A stretch of DNA of 64,000 nt. Source: the human T2T-CHM13v2.0 reference genome, Homo sapiens. Below the pieces are notes generated by a model. That model saw only the letters and a list, made by a program, of their open reading frames with translations, searched no databases and was not told where the DNA came from. Where the stretch lies: assembly GCF_009914755.1 (NCBI RefSeq), contig NC_060925.1; one strand, written 5' to 3'. A program made the translations under genes and the position numbers. Shown here piece by piece: positions 1 through 14,357 of the stretch; the first letter of the stretch is position 1; each line of letters starts with the position of its first letter.

Positions 1-3000
1 TAAAGGAAAAAACAAAAATTCAATGGCTAACCCTAATGAGATGGCAATTTGTGAGCTCTCTGAACAAGAATTCAAAGTAGCAGGTCTAAGGAAACTCAAT
101 GATCTCCAAGAAAATGCAGAAAAGCAATTCAGAAATTTATCAGAGAAATTTAACTAAGAGATTGAAATAATAAAAAGTCAAACAGATATCTTGGAACTGA
201 GAAATACATTTATAGAAATAAAGAACTCATTAGAGGCTCTCAACAGAAAAGCAGACCAAGCAGAGGAAAAAATCAGTAAACTTAAAGACCACCTATTTGA
301 AAATACACAATCAGAGGAGAAAAAAGAAAAAAGAATGAAGACTACCTATAAGATATAGAAAATCTCCTCAAAAAATCAAATCTAAGAATTATTGGTGTTC
401 AAGAAGGAACTAAGCAAGAGCAAGGACTAGAACATTTATTTAAAAAAAGAATAACAAAAAACTTCCCCCAAACTTTAGAAAGATACAAATATCCAGGCAC
501 AAGAAGGTCTGAGAATACAGATTCAAACCAAATAAGACTACCCCAAGGCATATAATAATTAAACTCTCAAAGGTCAAAGACAAAGAGGATTCTAAAAGCA
601 GCAAGAAAAAAGAAGCAAGTTACATACAAGGAGCTCCAGTTTTTCCAGCAACAGACTTCTCACCAGAAACCATACAGGCTAGTAGGGAGTGAAACAACAT
701 TTTCAAAATGCTGAAATAAAAGAACTGCTTTACGATAATACTGTACTCAGCAAAGTTATCCTTCAAATATGAAAGGAGAGAAAGTCTTTCCCAGACAAAT
801 AAAAGCTAAGAAAATTCACTACCACCAGACTCATAGTAAAAGAAATGCTAAAAGGAGTTCTTCACTTTTCAAGCTATAAAACCCACAGGTAAAATTAAGT
901 ACATGGACAAACTCATAATACTCTGTTACTGTAATTATGGTGTACAATCCACTCATAACTCTAGTGTTAAGCCCAAAAGACAAATCTACCAGAACAATAA
1001 TTGCTACAACTCATTAACAAATAAGTAATATAAAAATATGTAAATTGAGACAACCAAAAGTCAAAATATGGGAGGATGGAGTTAAAGTGTAGAATTTTTG
1101 TGTGCTTGTCTTGCCTTTGTTTGTTTCTATTCTTGTATTTGTGATCTAATAAGTTGATACGTCTTTAAAATAACTTGTTATATCTATAACATGTTTATGT
1201 AAACCTCATGGTAATCACAACGCAAAAACCTATAATAGATTCACTAAAAATAAAAAGCAATGAATTAAAACATGCTACCAGAGAAAATCATTTAACCACA
1301 AAGGAAGACAGTAAGAAAGGAAGAGAGGACTTACAAGACAATCAGAAAACAAGAAACAAAATGGCAGTAGTAAGTCCTTACTTATCAATAATGACACTGA
1401 ATGTAAATGGACTCAATTCTCCAATTAAAAGGCACAGAATGGCTGAATGGATGAAGAAACAAGACCTAACTATATGCTGCCCTACAAGAGATCCATTTCA
1501 CTCATAAAGGCACACATAGACTAAAAGTGAAAGGGTGGAAAATATTATATGCAATTGGAAACCAAAAAAATAAAGCAGGAGTAGGAATACTTACATCAGA
1601 TAAAATATACTACAAATCAAAAACTGTAAAAAGAGTCAAAGAAGGTCATTGTATAATGATAAAGGGATCAATTCAGCAAGTGGATAAAACAATTAAAATA
1701 TCTGTGCACCTAGCACCAGAACTCCCAAGTATATAAAGCAAGCATTGATAAATTTAAAGGGAGAAATAGATTGCAAGACCATAATAGTAGATGACTTTGA
1801 CAGCCCACTCTCAGTAATGGCCATATCATCCAGACAGAAAATCAACAAACACTCGATTTAAACTACACACTAGATCTAATCAGCCTAACCGACATTTATA
1901 GATCATTTAACTCAACTGTTGAAGAATACACATTCTTTTCATTAGCACATGGAACATTCTCCAGAATAGACCATATCTTAGGCCACAAAACAAGTCTGAA
2001 CAAATTTTTTAAAAAGTAGAAATCATATCAAGTATCTTTTCTGACCACAATGGAATAAAACAAAAAAATCAATAACAAGAAGAACCTTAGAAACTTCATA
2101 AACACATGGAAATTTACCAACATGCTCTTGAATGACCAATGGGTCAATGAAGGAATTAAGAAGAATTTTTTTTAATTCTTAAATGAAAACAGAAATATAA
2201 CATAACAAAATCTATGAGATACAGCAAAACAGTACTGAGAGAGGAGTTTATGGCAATAAATGCTTTTATCAAAAAGGTACGAAGACAATAAATAGACAAC
2301 CTCAAGGAACTAGAAAAGCAGGAACAAACCAAATCCAAAATTAGTATAAGGAAAGAAGTGATCAAGATCACAGCAGAAATAAATGAAATTGAGACCAAAA
2401 AAATATAGAAAATAAACAAAACAAAAAATTGGTTTTTTGAAAAGAAAAGCAAAATGGACAAACCTTTGGCTACACACACAAAAAAAAAAGAAGGCTCAAA
2501 TAAAAAACATCAGAAATGAAAAAGGAGACATAACAACTGAGATCACAGAAATACAAAGAATCATTACAGACTATTATGAACAATGCTGCACCAACAAATT
2601 AACAAACATAGAAGAAATAGATAAATTCCTGGACACATACAACCTACCAAGATTGAAATAGGGATAAATAGAAAACCACAACAAATGAATAATAATTAAT
2701 GAGATCAAAGCCATAGGGAAAAGGTTCCTATCAAAGAAAAGCCCAGAAACTGATGGCTTTACTGCTGAATTCTGCCAAACATGTAAAGGAGAACTAATAT
2801 CAATTCTACTCCAACTCTTCAAAAAGGCAGAAGAGGAAAGAATACTTCTGATATCATTCTATGAGGTCAGCATTACACTGATACAAAAACCAGACAAGGA
2901 CACAACAAAAAAAAGAAAAACTACAGGTCAATATTACTGATGAATATAGATGCAAAACTTTTCAACAAAATACTAGCAAACCAAATTGAGCAACACTTTA

Positions 3001-5525
3001 AAAAAATCATTGACCACAATCAAGTGGGATTCTTCCCAGGGATGCAAGAATGGTTCAGCATATACAAACAAATAAACATAATATATCACACTAACAGAAC
3101 CAAGAACAAAAACTACATGATTATTCCCATAGATGCTAAAAAAGCATTTGATAAAATTTAACATTCTTTTATGATAAAGACCCTCATCAAACTGGATATA
3201 GAAGGAACAAACCTCAAAATAATAAATGTGGCTTACAACAAACCCATAGCTAACTTACTTACTGAATGGGGAAAACATGAGAGTTTTCCTCTAACTTCTG
3301 GAACAAGAAAAAGATGACCACTTTCATCAGTTTTATTCAATATAGTACTAAAAGTTATGGCTGGAGCAAACAGCCAAGAGAAGGAAATAAAGGGTAACCA
3401 AATAGGAAAGTAAGAAATCAAATTAGCCTCATTTACAGATGAGATGATCTTATCCTTAGAAAAACCTAAAGACTCCACCAAAAAAAAAAAAAAACTTGTT
3501 AGAACAGATAAAGAAATTCAGTAAAGTTACAGAATGAAAAATCAACATAAAAAAATCAGTGGCATGTATATACACCAATATTAAACAGTCTGAAAAAGAA
3601 ATCAAGAAAACAATCCCATTTGTAATAGCTTAAAGAATGTAAAATACCAAGGAATCAATTTAACCAAAGAAATGAAAGCACTATACAAGAAAAACTGTAA
3701 AACACTGATGAAACAAATTGACGAGGACACAAAAAATGGAATATCTTTCCACGTCCATGGATTAGAAAAATTAATACTGTTAAAATGACAATACTACCCA
3801 AAGCAATTTACAGATTCAATGCAACCTCTATCAAAATATCAATGACATTCTTTACAGAAATAGAAAAAGAAATCTTAACATTTATATGAAACCACCACAG
3901 AAGACCCCAAATAGCCAAAGCAATTCTGAACAAAAAGAATAAAGCTGGAGGCATCACACTACTTGACTTCAAAATGTACTATAAAGCTATAGTAACCAAA
4001 TCAGGGTGGTACTGGCATAAAAACAGACAGGCCAGTGGAACAGAATAGAGAACCCAGACATAAATCTACACATTTACAGCCAACTCCATTTCAGCAAAAG
4101 TGTCAAGAACACACTATGAGGAAAAGACAGTCTCTTCAATAAATGTTTCTGGGAAAACTAGATAACTGTATGCAGAAAAATGAAACTAGACCCCCTATCT
4201 CTCACCTTAAACAAATATCAAATAAAAATATATTAGACTTAAATCCACGACCTGAAATTATAAAACTACTAGAAGAAAACATTGGGAAAACATTCCAGGA
4301 CATTGGTCTGGGCAAAGACTTTTTGTGGAAGACCTCAAAAGCTCAAGCAACCAAAGCAAAAATTGACAAATGGGATTACATCAAGCTAAAATGCTTCTGC
4401 ACAGCAAAGGAAACAATTAGCAAAGTGAAGAGACAACTCACAGAATGGGTGAAAACATTTACAAACTACCCATCTGACAAAAGTTTAATAATCAGAATAT
4501 ATAAGGAGCTCAAACAACTCAACAGCAAAAAAAAAAAAAGAGTCCAATTTTAAAACGGGCAAAAATCTGAATAGACATTTCTCAAAAGAAGACATACAAA
4601 TGGCCAACAGGTATATGAAAAAAGGATCAACATCACTAATCTTCAGAGAAATGCAGATCAAAACAACAATGAGACGTCATCTCACCCCAGCAAAAATGGC
4701 TTTTATCAAAAGACAGGCAATAACACATGCTGGTGAGGATGCAGAGAAAGGGGAACCTTCCTACGCTGTTGGTGGAAACGTAAATTAGTACAGCCACTAT
4801 GAAGAAGTATGGAGGTTCCTCAAAAAACCGAAAATAGAATTACCATGTGATCCAGCAATTTCACTTCTCAGTATATATCCAAAAGAAAGGAAATCAATAT
4901 ATCAGAACAACCCCTGCACTCTCATGTTTATTGCAACACTATTCACAATAGTCAAAATATGGAATCAATGTAAGTGCCCACCAATGGATGAATGGATAAA
5001 TAAAATGTGGCATATGTAAGCAATGGAATGTTATTCAGCCATAAAAAAATATCCTGTCATGTTGTTGCAGCAACATGGATGGATATGGAGGTCATCATAT
5101 TAAGTGAAATAAGCGAAGCACAGAAAGACGAAAAATCATGTGTTCTCAGTCACATGTGTAAGCTAAAAACTGGATCTCGTGAAGATAGTAGATTGGTAGC
5201 TGCAGAGGCAGGAAAGAGTGGAGCGGGGGAGAGAGGATGAAAAGAAGTTGAGTAGTAGGTATAAATATATACAGTTTGATAGAAGAAATAAGACCTAGTG
5301 TTAAATAAATCAGTGGGTGACTATAGTTTGCAATAAGCTGTTGTGTATTTGAAAATAGCAAGAAGAGAAGAATTTGAATCATTCTAGCATAAAGAAAAGG
5401 CAAACAGATAAGGTGATAGATATTCCAAGTACACTGATTTGATCTTTACAAATTCCATGAATGTATTAAATTATCACATGTACCCTGAAACCATGTTCAT
5501 CTATTAGGCATCAATAAAAATTTAA
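1..5525 (+). mobile_element. Degenerate LINE-1, L1MA1-3-like 3' end: ORF1 remnant ~1-870, ORF2 remnant ~1361-5100, 3'UTR to ~5520
   Basis: ORF2 start at 1361 reads MAVVSPYLSIMTLNVNGLNSPIKRHR (endonuclease). RT fragment [25 protein letters not shown] at 2940. Catalytic FADD decayed to FTDE at ~3432. Many stops and frameshifts. L1MA-type 3'UTR ends in aataaaaa at ~5513-5520. Confidence 0.95.
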
Positions 5526-5654
5526 AATGGAAAATTTTAAAAACTAGCTCAAAAATGCATAAGAAGAAATCTAAGTCAAGGTATCTCCCCTTGCTGAGCC
5601 CACATCTGGGAGGCAGCATGAAGAAATGAAATGAACAGGAACAACAATGGAAAA

Positions 5655-5853
5655 AGAACAGGCTCTGGAATCAAGCAGTCCTGGATGTGACAGGCAATGG
5701 GAACTTAGACCATCACATAAGTGTCAAACACTGAGCTTTCTCAACTGCAAGACACAGAAAACAATATCCACTTCATGGGTCTATTGTAAGCATTGGCCAT
5801 GATATATTTATAGTGTCTGGCACAGAGTAGGTGCCAAAATTTGGTAGTTATTA
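5655..5853 (+). mobile_element. MIR fragment
   Basis: Core-like ggctctggaatcaagcagtcctgg...gtgtctggcacagagtaggtgcc. Confidence 0.55.
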
Positions 5854-6079
5854 ATAGACAATTCACTTAACTCTGAGCTTAGTTTTATTATGTATAACAG
5901 GAAGGCAATAATTCCTATGAGAGAATAGATATGAAAAGGATTTCTGAGCTTTAAAATTCTCTGAAGAGTCAATATTGTTATCAATAATTGGGAAGTCAAT
6001 ATATATAGATACAGAGCATTAGCTAATACATAGGTTACATAAAAGTGTATGATTTCTATCTCTGAAAATATGGTAAACC

Positions 6080-7060
6080 AGGGCTGCAGGGGAGAGGGGA
6101 AGGGGCAGGTTGCAGTGTTAAAAATAGTGGTCAGACAAGCACATGTATGTTAACTGCAGCACTATTCACAATAGCAAAGAAATGGAATCAATCTAGGTGC
6201 CCATCAATGATGGACTGGATAAAAAAAAAATGTGGTACATATACACCATGGAATACTATATAGCCACAAAAAAAGAATGAAATCATATCCTTGGCAGCAA
6301 CATGGATGCAGCTAGAGGCCATTACCCTAAGCAAATTAACACAAGAACAGAAAACCAAATACCACATGTTCTCATTTATAAATGGGAGCTAAACATTGAG
6401 TACATATGGACACAAAGAAGGAAACAATAGACCCTGGGGCCTACTTGTGGGTGGAGGGTAGGAGGAGGGAGAGGATTGAAAAACTACCTATCAGGTACTA
6501 TGCTGATTGCCTGGTTGACAAAATTATCTGTACACAAAACCCCTGTGACGTACAATTTACCCACGTAACAAACATGCACATGTACCCCCTGAACCTAAAA
6601 TACAAGTTGGAAAGAAAAAAGAATAGTAGTCAGAATAGGTCTCATTAAGAAGGCAAGACTTGAGCACAGACTTGTGGGAGGTGAGAAAATATCTGTGGGA
6701 GGGGCCTCCTGAAAGAGGGAAAGGTTAAAGCCAAGACCCTACAATGGGAGCGGGCCTGAGTGTTGAGGAGTGGCTCCAGGCCAGTGTGGCTAGAGCAGCA
6801 CAAAGTGTAAGGAAGAGTGGTGGGCAAAAACTCAAAAAGGAAACAGCAGTCAGGAGATGCACGGCCCTAGTGCGCAATGTAAGGGCTTTGACTTTTACTC
6901 TCAGTGAAAACTATGACAGGGTTTTAAGCAGAGGAATAACATGACCTGACTTATGTTTTAGAAGAATTACTTTGAGAATAAAATTTCCAGTGGCAAGTAG
7001 AGAAGCAGGCTAACCTAAGCAAAACCCACTACAGGGATCCAGGTGGCAGATAGTGGCTGA
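6080..7060 (-). mobile_element. L2 fragment, interrupted by the L1PA at 6136-6620
   Basis: L2-like motifs (ggccagtgtggctagagca, ggctttgacttttactct, gttttaagcagaggaataacatgacctgacttatgttttaga) continuous across the L1 TSD. Confidence 0.7.
6136..6620 (+). mobile_element. 5'-truncated L1PA15/16-like 3' end inserted into an L2
   Basis: Typical L1PA 3'UTR (aaactacctatcaggtactatgct...catgtaccccctgaacctaaaa) with A-rich tail. Degenerate TSD aatagtggtcaga (6123-6135) / aatagtagtcaga (6622-6634). Confidence 0.9.
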
Positions 7061-7819
7061 AAGCCAAATTAGAAAGAGTTTAAGAGAAAAAATGGCACAA
7101 CTAAGAGATTAGCACAGCTCTTGACTACAAAGCTGCAAACACAAAATTCAGTGCAGGGCCTGGAGAGTGCTCATGTGAGTGAGGGGCCCTGATGCTTAAG
7201 CTTTGTCAGCATCTGTGCACACCCACCTCTGTACAAGCCAAGGCCCCTGGCCTGGTCAGTTGGGTGGATGGTGAGGTGCTTACCAAGTTGGGTACCCAGG
7301 AGTAGATAAGAGTTTGCAAGCAGGAAGAAGACAGATCATGCATTTCACTGTGAGATTTTTGAGATTCAGAGGTCAGTGCAACATCTAAGTGAAAATGGCC
7401 AGGCTCTTTCTGCTCCTAACAATACTGCCAAGAGCTATCAGGATGACCTTTCTAAAAGGCACATCTGATCAAGTCACTTTCCTGCTTAAAAACCTCAGTG
7501 CTTCCCTTTGCCCATATTCCTTTGAAAAGAAACAGTTTCTCACAGTCTAGCCCTGGCCTGTCTTTCCAACTATGTCTTCCTCCATTCCATGCCTGGCACA
7601 CTGTTCCCTCTGACTTGCAACTCCCTCTGTCTACAGTGTCCTTCTCTAACTACTAAACTCCTCCTCTCCCTACACTGCCCTGATCTAATAACTTCTGTGA
7701 AACCACGTCCCCTCCTGCACCTTCTTCAAGGCAGGACTAACCACTTCCTCTCTGCTGACTTAAAGCCCTCTGTACACAGTTCCATGAAATCTGCACCCAG
7801 AAATGCGAACCCATAAGCC

Positions 7820-8060
7820 TGAGAGGCAGGGTTGACAGCGGAACAATTATGGGTTTTAGAATTAGATTAACCTGGGTTAAAACACACACACTTGCTTGCT
7901 GTATATAACTTTAAGCATGTTATTTAATTTCTCTAAGCTCAGCTTCTTATAAAGGTAATGCCTATTTTGTAGAATAGGTGTCAAGATTAAATGAGAAAAT
8001 TTAAGTAAATCACCCCAGATAGGACCTGGCACACAATAGGTGTCCAAAAATTATCATTTC
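7820..8060 (+). mobile_element. MIR
   Basis: cctgggtt...tatttaatttctctaagctcagcttc...aagattaaatgaga...cctggcacacaatagg. Confidence 0.65.
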
Positions 8061-8864
8061 CCTCCAGACCCTGTTCCTCTTGGGCAGAAAATGTGTTTAA
8101 TTTATATTCTATATGTCCCATTGTCACTGGTCACCCAGCACATAATAGATGCTTGATAGACATTAACCTGAATGAATGGACCCTGTCTTCTCAGAAACAT
8201 TTACATATACGTTTTAGAAGTACATGGGTTCAGAGGTTAGGATAGAAATTCTAAAGTGGACCTTGGCATGTAAATCCCCTTGGGTCTAATATCAAACCAA
8301 TTGCTTCCCCTTGGCAGCAGCAGCAGAGCCCTTCTGTGTCTCTGGGGAGCATTCAGCCATCCAGTCTGTGAAGATTTCTCTCATTGCTCTCCAGAGCTTC
8401 CGTTACATCGTGCTCTTCTCACTTCCTTCTCAGCTGTGCTCCCACTCCTCAGCCTTGTTTGTTCTGTTTTCCTCCGCCATTTTTCACCACACACCATATG
8501 GCCTTCCCTTGCCTGCCTTAAGCTTGGAACTTCACAGCCTTCTCCAGGCTTCCCCAGGGCAACCTGGGCCCTCTGGGCCTGCTGACCACCCCCTTTAACT
8601 AGCAGCCCTGCCCTGATGCCTACTTTGAAACCCAGCACTGTTCCTAAGGAGACGCAGGACACAGAGCCTTTTAGTAAATTCACTTCAGGGGCTGGTTCTG
8701 CCAGTTAACTATGAGCCTAGAGTGTTTTGAACAGGTGGTGATCTTCCAAACACAATGTGATCGTGTGTTTAATCTTAGAATCATGAGAGGCTAGTAGGGC
8801 AGATACAGAAAAACACAATTTTACCTATTTGTTTCAACCTCCTCCAGCATCCAGTGAGGCAGCC

Positions 8865-9040
8865 TCCTGGTGCAGAGGATCCTTGACAAGCTCTGGAGTC
8901 TCGTGGACACAAGTTTGTGTCCCAGCTCTGCGTCTCCCTAGCGGTATTGTATGTATGCTTCTCAAGTTCTCTAAACCTTAGTTTCTTCATTTGTGAAACT
9001 AAGATAACAATACCTGCCACACAGAGTTATTAGTTGATAT
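8865..9040 (+). mobile_element. MIR fragment
   Basis: gctctggagtc...ctctaaaccttagtttcttcatttgtgaaactaagataacaatacct. Confidence 0.6.
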
Positions 9041-9045
9041 CATGC

Positions 9046-9630
9046 GTTTATTTGTTATCTAGCAATACATAACAAATCAGCCCAAAACTTAGTGCCTTGC
9101 AAGAGCAATGCTGTTTATTAGCTCTTGTGGGTTTTGTAGGCCAGGAATTTGAGAGCAGCTGAGCTGAGCTAGTCTGAATCGGGGTCTCCCAGGTGATTGA
9201 GGCAGACTGGTCAGTGGCTAGAGCTGGGGTCAATTTCAAGGCTTCTTCATTCACAGGTCTTGTTCCCATGCTGGGAAGACAAATAGCTGGAGCAGGGGCT
9301 GGAGCAGCTGTGGCTCCCCAGGCACCTCCCTCTATCCCTTTGGGACCCACCACATGGTCCTTCTGCATGGTCCCTTCAAGGTCTCCAGATTTCTTATGAG
9401 GTAGCTCAGGGCTCCAAAGGCATGTATCTCACTTGAGAGAGAAACAGGTGAAACCATATCCTCTTTTCTGGCCTGGCTGGAAAGTCACACAGTGACATCA
9501 CTTCCATTGCCTTCTATTTATTAGAAGCAAATCACTACCACCAGACTGTATTCTAGGAGAGCAGAATTAGACCGCTCCTTTTATTTGAAATAGTGCCGAA
9601 AATTTGTGGACATGCTTTAAAAACACCATA
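9046..9630 (-). mobile_element. MaLR LTR (MLT1F/G-like)
   Basis: taacaaatcagcccaaaacttagtg...gccaggaatttgagagcagct...aagtcacacagtgacatcacttccattgc...gacatgctttaaaaacacca. Confidence 0.75.
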
Positions 9631-9834
9631 GTATGTGTGATGCCCAGTCCTCAATAAGTAGCATCAATTTTTTTTATGTATCAGGTGAGTTGAAAAATAA
9701 GACAAAAAAATGCCTCTGTGCCCTATCATTCCTATCTTCACTCTCCACAAACACACTCACCATGAAACAAGGTGAAAGCACTTAGCAATGTAGGCAAAGG
9801 TAAAAAGGAAGCATAAAAAGGGGAGGCAAAAACA

Positions 9835-10090
9835 ATGATCGTTGACATTTATTGAACACTTGCTCTGTGGCAAGCCCAGTGTTATATGCCTTACGTACAT
9901 TATCTATTTTAATCCTCAGAATGATACCAGGGGTTTATCATTAACCTCCTTTTATGGAGAATTCTAGAGTCTACCAATATTACATGCATTATCCAGGATT
10001 AGACAGTTTAGTAAAGACATAACAAGGAGTGGAACACAGGCGAGCTGACTCCAGAGCCCTTGTGCCCAACCGCTGTGCACACTACTGAGA
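9835..10090 (-). mobile_element. MIR
   Basis: gacatttattgaacacttgctctgtggcaagc...tttaatcctcag...tgactccagagccc. Confidence 0.6.
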
Positions 10091-10999
10091 TCATTTCAGC
10101 TGAGATAAGCAGCTGGGAAACCTTTGGCTTAACTTTTCCCTCCCTTGGAAATACCAATTTGAGAGGCAGGGTACCTAAGGGAGCAGGTGGAGTAGAACCC
10201 AATAATTCAAAAATTCTTGAGTCTGGAAAGACAAATGCCAGGTTGTTGTTGATGAGAAGAGAGCACGAGAAGTAAAGGACTGCCAGACAGCCAGGTAGCA
10301 GGGAGGCTGGGATGCCTGGCCCCACTCAGCCACTTACTGGGCTCTCCCCAAATGCTTAGCAGAGAAGGCCTTGAACAGTCTAACAAGGGTCTCTTCCACC
10401 ACCACTGTGCCAGCTTAGCTATCTCAAGTTTGTGAAGTTTGGCACCACCTCCTACTTCTCCTCCCACCAGGAATAATTCAGGGGATTCCCCACAGCCTCT
10501 CCTTCAGGATGTGGAAACCACCCCACTTTGAGTTGACAGGTGTCCTGAAACTTTGCTGGGTGATTAAACAGGAAGAGATTGTTGAACAGGGACTGAGGAA
10601 AATCTCGTCATCAGATTCAGTCTTCCTGGTAAGGACTTGGGTGAGGCACTAAGGGGATGGAGCACAGTTTTCTCCAGGGTCCATAAGAGCATCATGCGGC
10701 TCAGACCCTGGACCCAGACCCACGGAGGTTCTGGCACAGGTAGAGATGAGCTGTGGTCTCACTCGGGGCTCCTGAGAACTAGAGCAATGCCTCTTGCAGT
10801 TGGCCACACTTAGGTCCCCACCACTGCCTCCTCCAGCATTTCATTCCTTGGATGCCTTCTGAGATCCACTCCTGGGTGTCCAGGGCCCTGTCTTCATTTG
10901 TTCCTTTCCATCCCTGTTGTCTGAACTTGTTTTAGACTATAGTTGCCCTCAAAGTACTTTCTTCTCTCTTATTCTAGGATAGCCTTCAAAGTATACTTA

Positions 11000-11140
11000 A
11001 TTCAATATATTCAAAGTCCATCATTCAAAAAATATTTATGAAGCACATACTATGTGCCAAACATGGTTCTAGGTACTAGGGATTCTGCAAGAAACAGGAT
11101 AGGCAAAGTCTCTGGCTTCCCTGAGCTTATAGTCCAGGGA
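11000..11140 (-). mobile_element. L2 3'-end fragment
   Basis: cattcaaaaaatatttatgaagcacatactatgtgccaaacatggttctaggtactaggg. Confidence 0.6.
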
Positions 11141-12019
11141 GCCTTAACAAAAGGAGAATTCAGATTTCACCAAAAAATAGCCTAGGTGGGTGGGGGCAAC
11201 ACAGGAAAAACATTCAAAATAATGTCAGTAATTTTCCTTTTACATCTAACTGAAACTGCAGCCTGCCAGAGTTTGTGAAGCATAATGGAAGTGAGATGCC
11301 ATCTCTGGCACTGAACGACGGCCTGCAGCAAGTCACTTGGCCTCTCAGCCATCCTACAAGGGCCACCTGTGCAGTCTGGAAATTCACCCATACAGACCTT
11401 ACCTGTGGCAGGAATGTGGTCTGTGCCTGGCTTCTGTCATCACTCACTGCCTGGACTTTCCAGACAGAGGATTTGTGGGAGGGGAAAGTTGCTACAATCT
11501 ACCCAAGATACTTCCTCTTGCCTTGACCTCTCCCCGGTTTGCAACAGTGATCTCATGGACCTTTGCAAGCTCTGTCCACAGATTGCTTCTGGAAGCAGGT
11601 ACTTGGCTGGTTGGTATCATGTGGGGCACAAGCCTTGCCAGGGGTTGGCGTAGCCTCACTTTAAATTGAAAATGTACATGGTAGGAAGCGCCAAATAATT
11701 GAACTGTTAAGTAGATAAAAGAGGAGTTTTACATTAAGAACAAGACATTTTAAAAACTAGAATGAAAATTTCACGCGAATTTCAAAGTTTAAGAACGTAG
11801 GAAGTCAAATAAATTTCAGCTTTTTGACTGGCAGCTTTAGGCTTTGCCCCAACCAATTCTACAGGGGATTTACTTTCCCTCTCCTCTGCCCTACATTGTA
11901 GATTGGTTTGGAAAGTTCTGGTAAGAGACCTGCACTCCGATGGTGCCCTTGCCTTTACAATAACCTCTCCCAAATGCTCTCTAAGAAGGGAGAGGCAGAT
12001 GGGAGCGAAAGAGGCAGCT

Positions 12020-12560
12020 TCGCTCAGCTGTTAGCATGCTCTTGTAGCAGCAAACCCAACTAGAAGTGGCCCTGAGCAACAAGGACAAATTATTCTCTCT
12101 CACAATAAGAGCTTCCAAAGTAAAGAAGCTCCAAGGTTGCTTAAATGAGAAGCTCAAAAATGTCATCAAGGACGAAGATTCTTCCCATTTTCTCTCTCTG
12201 CCATTCTCAGCTTGTTGATATTTGTTTTTGTAGTATCCAGACAGTCAAGCATTATATACACACACAATGATAAGGGGGGCAGAAAGAGAGGGAGCAGTCC
12301 TACCTTGAATCCTTTTTAAAAAACGAGAAGAACTTTTCCAGTAGGTTCTGCCACCCTAGCAGATTTCCCTTCATATCTCACTGGATGGAATCATAGCACA
12401 AAATTACAAGCAGCAGGAATAGAATTTTTGTAATTGGCTTATCCAATCCAGATTCTTCCACCTCCTAGAGGTGCCTATCCCTGAAGAGTGTGGCCACTGA
12501 TACGTGAGCCAAATCAGGGTTCAGTTAGTAAGGCAGAGTGCAGTGAATGGCTGTCGGCAG
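12020..12560 (-). mobile_element. Old MaLR LTR (MLT1J/K/L-like)
   Basis: aatgtcatcaaggac...tctctgccattctcagc...agcagatttcccttcatatctcactgg...aaatcagggttcagttagtaagg. Confidence 0.55.
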
Positions 12561-14357
12561 CCATGCAGCCACCGGAGTGTGACCTCAACACCTCCATCAT
12601 CCCCCACCCACCATCACAAAGAAATCTATGAGAAAGCAGGGTGATTAATGGGGGAGAAACAAATGTCAAGTGGCTTTCTGTTCCTGAGATGAAAGAGCTT
12701 TGTTATGCTTTTGTTTTTAATCATCTGGTTTATGCAACACTTCATTAGCCAAATCCATTAAGTTGCTTTCCAAATTTGGAAAAGTTTTGTCAGCTTGGAA
12801 GAAAGCAGCAAACCGAGTTCTGCTGAAGCCTGACCTCTTCCACTGAGCAGGTTATGGGTATGCCTCCCCACTGAGTGGCTGGGCACACACTTGTATGCCA
12901 GGGTCACTGGAAAGTGTAATCAGAAGAACAGAACGTAAAGGCTAGGTCTTAGTGCTCATCCACTCTCCTGAATGCTATGCATCTCATTACACAGAGAAGC
13001 TCCTGGAAGAGCAGACAGGAAAGGGCTTGCCCATGGTCAGGCAGCAGAGTGGCAGAGGCAAGAAGGGAAAGCCATGTGGTGTTCATCTGTTTTCACAAAG
13101 CCTCTTAGCTCCAGCTTGGGCCCACCTGGCCAAAAAGCCTTCTTACAACTCTACAAATACCTTCAAGTAACAAGAGTCCCATATAGCAGACCACAAGAAT
13201 AGGAAACGAAGCTGAGAGGCAGATGTGGGGAAGGGAATTGGGGTGACCTTCCTGAAATATAAACATTCCCAAAACCTACAGAAAGTGGGCATATCTAATG
13301 TAGGAGTTGAATAGAAGGAGCTAGTTCATCTTCTTTAGCTGAAGTGGATAAGGTGCAAGACACCAAAGGAAGGAAAGAAGTGAAAAGAGCATTTAATGAT
13401 CCAGTTAAAAATAAATATGATACTAGATCCTAACAGACAAACGTGAGTTTAACTACAAAAAAAGAAAAGGCCTTTGTTCTTGCTTCACATTCTCCATAGA
13501 TCTAGACAAAGCTGCCCAAATATCTCACAGGCTCTAAAAACTTCCTTTCAGAAGTCCTACTTTTTATTATATCAAGCATATTAAGATACAGACATATCGC
13601 ACATTTAAAATAATTGATATACAACAGAATAAGAGTTCTGTTCAATTTCTTTTCTAATTGAAAATAAATGTTTCATAGACATTAACTTAAACATTCATTT
13701 CTTTTTTTATATTGCAGTTTTCTGTATGTTTTGTGTTTACATTTTCACCATGTCTCACATGTCGCAAATATTTTAACAGGCCCTTGAAAAGATATAAACC
13801 CTAGACCCTATGCTTACAGCATCAAATGGATAAAATGAGAAACCATGGATCTTTAGACCCTGTAACTCCACAGAGGGAGTGGTGGGAGTTGAATTGAGCC
13901 AGGCACTCTTAACATCTGTCACTTACCTTGGCAGTATGACTAACTGGACTGATTCGCATCTACGTAATACTTTGTAGCTTACCCAGATCTTTTGTGTATC
14001 TGACTTCATTTGATTCTCTTCAACAGCTTAGGATATAGACACTAAATTAGTTGTATTGATGATAAAATTTTCATTTACAGTGATTAACTTGTTCAGCGTC
14101 ATGCAACTAGTAGGTGAAGAAACCCAAGTTTAGAGGTCTTACCTCTCTAAATAATCATCTGCCTTGGATCACAACAAGCTGCCTTCAACTCTTTGTTGAC
14201 AAACATCTCCTGAGTTTTCTCCTTTGTGACTAAGAAGGAATGAGCCATCTCAGGGTCTGAACCCTTTGGATAAGTTATATTGGAGGAGGAAGCCTGAAGG
14301 AGAGATGTCACAATGCCTGGGATAACAAGAAGCCCACTAAGGGATAAAGGAGGATTC

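Noticed and set aside
1-5525. L1 as an active retrotransposon
   Set aside because: Numerous stops and frameshifts; RT FADD motif decayed to FTDE; old subfamily 3'UTR.
7120-7232. Possible hAT-Tip100 transposon end (ggggccctgatgcttaagcttt...cacctctg); similar impression at ~13500-13830
   Set aside because: Resemblance too short and diverged to assign without a Dfam search.
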